Assembly (NCBI GenBank): GCA_028289445.1
Contig: JANQPO010000014.1
Location: 373,848-437,847, forward strand
DNA: 64,000 nucleotides
Origin: Tepidamorphaceae bacterium
GTDB taxonomy: Bacteria; Pseudomonadota; Alphaproteobacteria; Rhizobiales; JAKSCL01
Direction: 5' to 3'
Shown here piece by piece: positions 58,026 to 64,000 of the stretch. A model generated the notes under the pieces. It ran no database searches and was not told the origin of the DNA. It saw only the letters and a program-made list of their open reading frames with translations. Both the position numbers and the translations under genes were made by a program. Within the stretch, counting starts at the first letter, position 1. Every line of letters begins with the position of its first letter.

Positions 58026-59000
58026 GTGGCCGAGGCAGCAGCGCCGGCGGCAACCGATCGTCTTGGGCCGCGCATAGTTGTCCCGGCGATCATCTTCAGC
58101 GTGCTCATCGCGTTCCCGGTGATGGCCGATCTTGCGAACGCCAGCTGGCTGATGACTTTGGCCACGCGCATGATGATCTTCGCCATCGCCGTCGTCAGTC
58201 TCGACCTGATCCTGGGCTATGGCGCCATGGTCTCGTTCGGCCACGCGGCCTTTGTCGGCATCGGCGCCTATGCTGTCGGCATCCTCGCCTCACACGGGAT
58301 GAACGACGCCGCCCTTTCCTTTCCGGTTGCCATCGTCGCGGCTGCCTTGTTCGCCGCCGTCACCGGCGCGATTTGTCTTCGAACCCGGGGCGTCTACTTC
58401 ATCATGATCACGCTGGCGTTCGGCCAGATGGCCTTCTTCACGGCGACCAGCCTGTCGGCCTATGGCGGCGACGATGGGCTGACATTGTGGACCCGCAACA
58501 CGCTTTTCGGCACCGGGCTCTTCGCCGACCGGCTCATCTTCTACTATGTCGTCCTGGCGGTGCTTCTGGCAGCTTATCTCATTTGCCGGTCAATCGTCGG
58601 ATCGCGCTTCGGGCGCGTTCTGCGCGGCTGCAAGGAGAACGAACGGCGGATGATCGCCATGGGCGCCGATCCGTTTCGCTTTCGTCTCGTCGCCTATGTG
58701 ATTGCCGGGATGATCGCCGGCGTGTCGGGAGCGCTCCTTGCCAATCACGCCGAGTTCGTCAGCCCGGCTTACATGACCTGGCAGCGTTCCGGCGAATTCA
58801 TCATCATGGCGGTGCTCGGCGGCATCGGCACCCTGCATGGCGCGATCCTGGGGGCGGCCGCCTTCCTGGCCTTGGAGGAAATCCTCTCCCACTGGACCAT
58901 CCATTGGCGAATGATCTTCGGGCCGCTGCTCATCTTGATCGTCTATTTCGCGCCGGGCGGCCTCTCGGCTCTCTTGAGGAGCATCGGGCGCAATGACTGA
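58026..59000 (+). CDS. Branched-chain amino-acid ABC permease (LivM family)
   Basis: Polytopic protein with LDLILGYGAMVSFGHAAFVGIGAY typical of LivM. GTG start 2 nt after the livH-like stop. Confidence 0.86.
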   Translation: MAEAAAPAATDRLGPRIVVPAIIFSVLIAFPVMADLANASWLMTLATRMMIFAIAVVSLDLILGYGAMVSFGHAAFVGIGAYAVGILASHGMNDAALSFPVAIVAAALFAAVTGAICLRTRGVYFIMITLAFGQMAFFTATSLSAYGGDDGLTLWTRNTLFGTGLFADRLIFYYVVLAVLLAAYLICRSIVGSRFGRVLRGCKENERRMIAMGADPFRFRLVAYVIAGMIAGVSGALLANHAEFVSPAYMTWQRSGEFIIMAVLGGIGTLHGAILGAAAFLALEEILSHWTIHWRMIFGPLLILIVYFAPGGLSALLRSIGRND

Positions 59001-59745
59001 TCCGGTCCTGTCGATCCGCAATTTGAGCAAGGCGTTTGGCGCCCTCGTCGTGACCGACGACCTGTCTCTCGACATCATGCCTGGCGAGTGTCACGCCATC
59101 ATCGGCCCCAACGGCGCCGGCAAAACCACGCTGATCGGACAGTTGTCCGGCGAGTTGACGCCCGACGGCGGCCATGTCCTCTTCAAAGGCGCCGACATTA
59201 CCGACACCGCCGCCCATGAGCGACCGCATTTGGGCTTGGCCCGCTCGTTCCAGATCACCAATGTGCTTCCCGGCTTCTCCGTCCTCGAAAACGTCGCGCT
59301 GGCCGTTCAAATTCATCGCGGTGGGAACTCCCGCATGATCGGGCGCGCCGCCGTTGAGACAGAGCTGAATGAAGCAGCCATGGAAGCCCTGATCCGCGTC
59401 GGCCTCGCCGAACGGGCGGGCACCATCGCGAGCACGCTGGCGCATGGCGAAAAGCGCGCGCTCGAACTGGCAATGGCGCTGGCACTCGCACCCTCGGTGC
59501 TTCTGCTCGATGAGCCCATGGCCGGGACCGGGCACGAAGAAACAGCGCGCATGGTCGCGCTCCTGAAAGACCTCGCCGGCGAGCGCACCCTCGTCTTGGT
59601 CGAACATGACATGCAGGCCGTCTTCGCGCTGGCCGACCGCATCACCGTGCTAGTCGGCGGCCGCGCCATCGCGACGGACACGCCCGATGCCATCCGGGCG
59701 AATGCCGACGTGCGCGCGGCTTACCTTGGCGAGGACGCGGCATGA
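58993..59745 (+). CDS. ABC transporter ATP-binding protein (LivG family)
   Basis: Walker A GPNGAGKTT, signature HGEKRALELA and Walker B LLLDEP. Overlaps the neighbouring genes. Confidence 0.9.
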   Translation: MTDPVLSIRNLSKAFGALVVTDDLSLDIMPGECHAIIGPNGAGKTTLIGQLSGELTPDGGHVLFKGADITDTAAHERPHLGLARSFQITNVLPGFSVLENVALAVQIHRGGNSRMIGRAAVETELNEAAMEALIRVGLAERAGTIASTLAHGEKRALELAMALALAPSVLLLDEPMAGTGHEETARMVALLKDLAGERTLVLVEHDMQAVFALADRITVLVGGRAIATDTPDAIRANADVRAAYLGEDAA

Positions 59746-60452
59746 CGGCCCTCCTCTCGGTTTCCAATCTCGAAGCCGCCTACGGCGACAGCCAGGTCTT
59801 GTTCGGGCTCGATCTCGATATCGCCGAGGGCGAAGTCGTGACCCTGCTCGGGCGCAACGGCATGGGCAAGACCACGACGGTCAAGACCGTCATCGGCATG
59901 ATGAGACCGAAAGCAGGCGCCATCCACTTTGCCGGCCGGAACGTGTCGGGCCTGCCCAGCTATCGGATTGCGCAGGCCGGTATCGGTCTGGTGCCGGAGG
60001 GCAGGCAAGTGTTTCCCAACCTGTCGGTCGTTGAGAACCTGGTCGCGACGGCCGCCAATCGACATGGGGACGGACGCCGCTGGACCCTGGATCGGATCTT
60101 TGGCCTGTTCCCACGCCTTGCGGAGCGGCGCAGTCATTTGGGCAGTCAGCTATCGGGCGGTGAGCAACAGATGCTTGCCATCGGCCGCGCGCTGATGACC
60201 AATCCTCGGCTCCTTATCCTCGATGAGGCGACCGAGGGTCTGGCGCCGCTGGTGCGCGAGGAGATCTGGTCTTGTCTGCACGGCCTGAAATCCGCGGCAC
60301 TTTCGATCCTGGTAATCGACAAGAACATCGACGCGCTGCTGCGCCTGGCCGACCGCCATCTCATCATCGAGAAGGGACGGATCGTGTGGTCAGGGACAAG
60401 CGCCGATCTGGCAGCAGAGTCGGAGCTGCGAGACAGGTATCTGTCGGTTTAA
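59742..60452 (+). CDS. ABC transporter ATP-binding protein (LivF family)
   Basis: Walker A GRNGMGKTT, signature LSGGEQQML and Walker B LLILDEATEGL. ATGA overlap with the livG-like gene. Confidence 0.9.
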   Translation: MTALLSVSNLEAAYGDSQVLFGLDLDIAEGEVVTLLGRNGMGKTTTVKTVIGMMRPKAGAIHFAGRNVSGLPSYRIAQAGIGLVPEGRQVFPNLSVVENLVATAANRHGDGRRWTLDRIFGLFPRLAERRSHLGSQLSGGEQQMLAIGRALMTNPRLLILDEATEGLAPLVREEIWSCLHGLKSAALSILVIDKNIDALLRLADRHLIIEKGRIVWSGTSADLAAESELRDRYLSV

Positions 60453-60472
60453 CCTTTGCTGACGGCGGTTCG

Positions 60473-61726
60473 TCAGCGGTTCACCTGATCACGGCTGAAC
60501 CCGGCCATCGCCTGGTAGCCCTTGACGATCGCTTCCAGTTCGGCGTGGGTCGCGACGTCCTCGATCCGCTCAAAGCCATCCGGCGCACGCGCTTCGACCA
60601 CATCGATGACGCGCTCCGGGCCACCGCCGCGATTGGTGCGTACGATTTCCGCGGTCGCCGGGCGACGCTCCAGGTCATAGGCCTGAAGCGCGCCGACGGG
60701 ACTGTCGAAGTTCGCCAAATGACGTGCAAGCGCCCGAGCGTCGAGGATCGCCTGCGACGCGCCATTCGATCCGACCGGATACATGGGGTGCGCGGCATCT
60801 CCCAGAAGCGTCACGCGACCGAAGCTCCAGCGCTCCACCGGATCGCGGTCGCACATGGGATACTCGTAAAATTCCGGCGTTGCCTTGATGAGCGCCACCG
60901 GATCGAGCACGTCGAGCGTAAACACGCCGTCGACCAGGGGCATCAGTTCATCGAGTTTGCCCGGCCGACTCCAGTCCTCGCGCCGGGGTGGCGGTGTCGA
61001 ACCGTCGCCCATGCGATAAGCGACCGCCCAATTCATCAACGTCTTCCCGGGTGTGGGGACAGAATTGGAGATCGGATAAAGCACCAACTTGGCGTCCATT
61101 CCGCCGGCGATCACCATAGATCGTCCCGTCAGGAACGGTTTCCACTCCACGGCACCGCGCCACAGCATGATGCCGTTCCAGGTCGGCGGACCCTCGCCCG
61201 GATAGAACGCCGCGCGCGTGACGGAGTGAATGCCGTCGGCGCCGATAAGGACATCGCCGGTGACGGAGACCTCCTGCGTCGTGCCGTCGTCTTGCCGCAC
61301 CTCGAAGATCGCGGTGACCTCGTCATCGGATTGTTCGAACTGAATGAGCCGGTGACCCGTCGTGACGGCGTCGTGCCCTATACGCTCCTGTACCGCCTTA
61401 TAAAGAACCATCTGCAAGTGACCGCGATGGATAGAGAATTGCGGGACATCAAAGCCGGCGTCGATGCCGCGCGGCTCCTGCCAGACCGTCTGACCGAAGC
61501 GGTTTTGATAGATCAGTTCGTGCGTGCGGATGGCGACCCGGTCGAGATCATCGAGCAGGCCCATCGCCGCCAGCTCCTTGATCGCGTGCGGCAGCGTATT
61601 GATACCCACGCCCAGTTCACGCACATGTTTCGACTGCTCGAAAATCAGCGGTTCAAAGCCGCGCTCGTGAAGGCTAAGCGCCGCCGCCAATCCGCCGATG
61701 CCACCGCCGGCAATAATGACTCGCAT
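60473..61726 (-). CDS. FAD-dependent aromatic-ring monooxygenase (salicylate/3-hydroxybenzoate hydroxylase-like)
   Basis: N-terminal dinucleotide fold MRVIIAGGGIGGLAAA, DG motif LIGADGIHS and GD motif LLGDAAHPMYPVGSNGASQAI. Confidence 0.85.
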   Translation of the reverse strand: MRVIIAGGGIGGLAAALSLHERGFEPLIFEQSKHVRELGVGINTLPHAIKELAAMGLLDDLDRVAIRTHELIYQNRFGQTVWQEPRGIDAGFDVPQFSIHRGHLQMVLYKAVQERIGHDAVTTGHRLIQFEQSDDEVTAIFEVRQDDGTTQEVSVTGDVLIGADGIHSVTRAAFYPGEGPPTWNGIMLWRGAVEWKPFLTGRSMVIAGGMDAKLVLYPISNSVPTPGKTLMNWAVAYRMGDGSTPPPRREDWSRPGKLDELMPLVDGVFTLDVLDPVALIKATPEFYEYPMCDRDPVERWSFGRVTLLGDAAHPMYPVGSNGASQAILDARALARHLANFDSPVGALQAYDLERRPATAEIVRTNRGGGPERVIDVVEARAPDGFERIEDVATHAELEAIVKGYQAMAGFSRDQVNR

Positions 61727-61927
61727 TGAATTCCCCGATCATTCAGGCGGACCAGTCTAAGTCCCTCCTCATCCTATCGAAAGGGTGTTGGTTGTGCTTT
61801 TCGCATCCCTCGGACCTGTAAATTTTCACCGGCGTGCCCTTGGGGCACCCCATTGCCGGTCGCGCACCATGGGTCTAGCATCGGTTGCAAGCCGGCATGA
61901 CCGGCAATTCAATAGAGGGGTTCGAAC

Positions 61928-63517
61928 ATGTTTAGACAGACGCTTCGCGTTGCGAGTGCGGCGGCGCTTGCGGTGATGATGAGCGCGAGCCTTGCCAGCG
62001 CCGAGGTCGTTTATCATCGCGGCAATACCGGCGACCCAGAAACGCTCGACCACCACAAGACATCAACGGTCTACGAAGCCCATATCCTTCGTGATCTTTA
62101 CGAAGGGCTCGTTGTCTACGACGCCAAGGCCCAGGTTGTTCCCGGTGTGGCGGAAAGCTGGACCGTCTCCGACGATGGCACGACCTACACGTTCAAACTG
62201 CGCGAAAACGCCAAGTGGTCGAATGGCGATCCCGTAACGGCGGGCGACTTCGTCTTCGCCTTCCAGCGGATCATGACGCCTGAGACCGGCGCCAAATACG
62301 CCAACATCCTTTTCCCGATCAAAAACGCCGAGGCAATCAACAAGGGCGAAGCGGAACCGGTATCGATCGGTGCGCGCGCCGTCGACGATCAAACCCTTGA
62401 GATCACGCTCGGACAGCCGACGCCATATTTCATCGAATTGTTGACCCACCAAACGGGGCTGCCTATGCACCCTGGGTCGGTGGAACAACACGGATCGGAC
62501 TTCGTTCGGCCGGGCAATATGGTGTCGAACGGTGCCTATGTGCTGGAAGAGTTCACCCCGAACGACAAGGTCGTCGTAACCAAGAACCCCAACTTCCACG
62601 ACGCGGCCAACATCAAGATCGATAAGGTCGTCTTCTATCCGACCGAGGATCGCGGTGCGGCATTACGGCGTTTCCAGGCCGGCGAGCTTCACTCCAACAA
62701 TGACGCGCCGACCGAGCAGATCGCCTTCATGCGCGAAACGCTTGGCGAGCAGTTCCGCGTCGCGCCGTATCTCGGCAACTACTACTACGCCGTGAACCAC
62801 AAGGACGAGGCGCTCGGCATTCCCGAGGTCCGTCGGGCGCTGTCGATGGCGATCGATCGCGACTTCCTCGCGGAGGAAATCTGGGGCGGTGCCATGGTTG
62901 CGGCCTATTCCTTCGTGCCGCCGGGCATCGGCAATTACGGCGAACCGGCCTTCGCCGAATACATGGACGCGTCGATGATCGACCGCGAGGAGCAGGCCAT
63001 CGACCTCCTGAAAGGCGCCGGCTTCGGCCCGGACAACCCGCTGAAGGTGGAGATCCGCTACAACACATCGGAGAACCACAAAAACACGGCCGTGGCGATT
63101 GCCGACATGTGGAAGCCGCTGGGCGTCGAAGTGTCGATGCTCAACACCGATGTTGCCTCGCACTACGCGCATCTGCGTGACAAAGGCGACTTCGACATCG
63201 CCCGTGCCGGCTGGATCGGCGACTATTCCGATCCGCAGAACTTCCTGTTCATGGTCGAAAGCGACAATGACGGCTTCAACTACGCCAACTACAACAACCC
63301 GGACTACGACGCGAAGATGGATGAAGCTGCGGCGACCACCGATCTGGAGGCACGCGCGGCGATCTTGAAGGAAGCCGAAGCGATGTTCATGCGCGACCTG
63401 CCCTTCATCCCGCTTCTCTACTACGGCTCCCTCAGCCTGGTGTCCGACAAGCTGAAGGGCTGGGAGGACAACATCCAGAACGTGCACGCGTCGCGCTGGA
63501 TGGAAATCGTCGAATAA
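61928..63517 (+). CDS. Peptide/nickel-type ABC transporter substrate-binding protein (SBP family 5, OppA/DppA-like)
   Basis: Signal peptide (...SASLASA/EV). Family-5 features (TLDHHKT, KWSNGDPVTA.DFVF). 529 aa. Followed by an OppB-like permease. Confidence 0.88.
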   Translation: MFRQTLRVASAAALAVMMSASLASAEVVYHRGNTGDPETLDHHKTSTVYEAHILRDLYEGLVVYDAKAQVVPGVAESWTVSDDGTTYTFKLRENAKWSNGDPVTAGDFVFAFQRIMTPETGAKYANILFPIKNAEAINKGEAEPVSIGARAVDDQTLEITLGQPTPYFIELLTHQTGLPMHPGSVEQHGSDFVRPGNMVSNGAYVLEEFTPNDKVVVTKNPNFHDAANIKIDKVVFYPTEDRGAALRRFQAGELHSNNDAPTEQIAFMRETLGEQFRVAPYLGNYYYAVNHKDEALGIPEVRRALSMAIDRDFLAEEIWGGAMVAAYSFVPPGIGNYGEPAFAEYMDASMIDREEQAIDLLKGAGFGPDNPLKVEIRYNTSENHKNTAVAIADMWKPLGVEVSMLNTDVASHYAHLRDKGDFDIARAGWIGDYSDPQNFLFMVESDNDGFNYANYNNPDYDAKMDEAAATTDLEARAAILKEAEAMFMRDLPFIPLLYYGSLSLVSDKLKGWEDNIQNVHASRWMEIVE

Positions 63518-63523
63518 GCGTTG

Positions 63524-63549
63524 CGGGCCGGGTCTTTCGATCCGGCCCG
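63524..63549 (+). terminator. Intercistronic hairpin between binding-protein and permease genes (attenuator/terminator)
   Basis: cgggccgg (63524-63531) pairs with ccggcccg (63542-63549), with a 10-nt loop, followed by a T-rich tttccgtt. Such hairpins are typical between the SBP and permease genes of ABC operons. Confidence 0.45.
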
Positions 63550-63651
63550 TTTCCGTTCGATGTATGTGTATCCAATGACTTGCCGATCTGACGGCGTTTG
63601 CGCGCCGTCAACGATCTGTCGTGCCGGCGGTCGATGGCAGCGGTGCGCACC

Positions 63652-64000
63652 ATGCTGAGATATGCGATCCGGCGCCTGCTTTCGGCGATCCCGACGCTCT
63701 TCATCATCATCACCGTTGCATTTTTCCTGATCCGGATCGCGCCGGGCGGGCCGTTCGATTTGGAACGGCCGCTGGAAGCCAAGGTGATGGAGAACCTACG
63801 CAAGATCTATCACCTCGATAAGCCGCTTTGGGAGCAGTATCTGATCTACCTGAAAAACGTGCTTCAGGGCGATCTGGGTCCGAGTTTTTTCTTCCGCGAC
63901 TTCTCCGTTTCCGAACTTTTCGCCGCAGGCTTGCCGATTTCGATTCAGCTCGGCGGCATGGCGCTCGCACTTGCCGTGCTCGTTGGATGCACGCTGGGAA
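63652..64000 (+). CDS. Peptide ABC transporter permease (OppB/DppB family), 3'-truncated by window edge
   Basis: My own translation from ATG 63652: MLRYAIRRLLSAIPTLFIIITVAFFLIRIAPGGPFD...LGPSFFFRDFSV... is the canonical OppB/DppB N-terminus. It runs off the window end, so it is absent from the ORF track. Confidence 0.88.
   Translation, partial: MLRYAIRRLLSAIPTLFIIITVAFFLIRIAPGGPFDLERPLEAKVMENLRKIYHLDKPLWEQYLIYLKNVLQGDLGPSFFFRDFSVSELFAAGLPISIQLGGMALALAVLVGCTLG

Noticed and set aside
57959-58996. 345-aa same-strand alternative-frame ORF across livM.
   Set aside because: The +1-shifted frame gives an Arg/Gly/His-rich non-membrane product. The annotated frame gives a canonical LivM permease.
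60272-61729. 485-aa plus-strand ORF.
   Set aside because: It starts inside the livF-like gene in another frame and runs antisense across the whole FAD-monooxygenase gene. It has shadow-ORF composition.

Overview
High-GC (about 60-65% in hand-counted samples) alphaproteobacterial chromosomal window. The gene order looks Hyphomicrobiales/Rhizobiales-like, which is an inference from synteny only. The window is mostly tightly packed housekeeping operons: ndk; pepA-holC divergent from lptF-lptG, followed by lptD-surA-pdxA-rsmA; fabD-fabG-acpP-fabF-mltG-yicC-gmk; rpsF-rpsR-(DUF2232)-rplI-dnaB-alr-radA-cvpA-purF; yfgM-like-bamB-der; guaA; guaB plus an RsmB-like gene; ppx-rlmE. It also holds a five-gene Liv-type amino-acid ABC importer and the start of an Opp/Dpp-type peptide importer. 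I call 63 CDS (the last cut by the window edge), one tRNA-Gln(CUG), and a few terminators and promoter candidates. I found no CRISPR array, integrase, transposase, phage gene, restriction-modification genes, toxin-antitoxin pair or recognisable defence domain, so I cannot honestly nominate a confident novel multi-gene system. The best leads are: (1) a 271-bp unit with perfect 22-bp inverted termini in the rlmE-guaB spacer; (2) a lower-GC islet after tRNA-Gln carrying a 211-aa orphan protein and a secreted ricin-type lectin; (3) an uncharacterised three-gene putative metal-handling operon (His-rich anchored protein, HupE/UreJ-like permease, anchored beta-rich protein); (4) a 3TM protein with a cNMP-binding-like domain, sitting next to a cupin/JmjC-like oxygenase gene that has tandem direct repeats in its promoter; (5) a ~110-bp AT-rich patch inside an ABC-F gene. 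All functional calls come from motif and family recognition by eye; no database search was possible.
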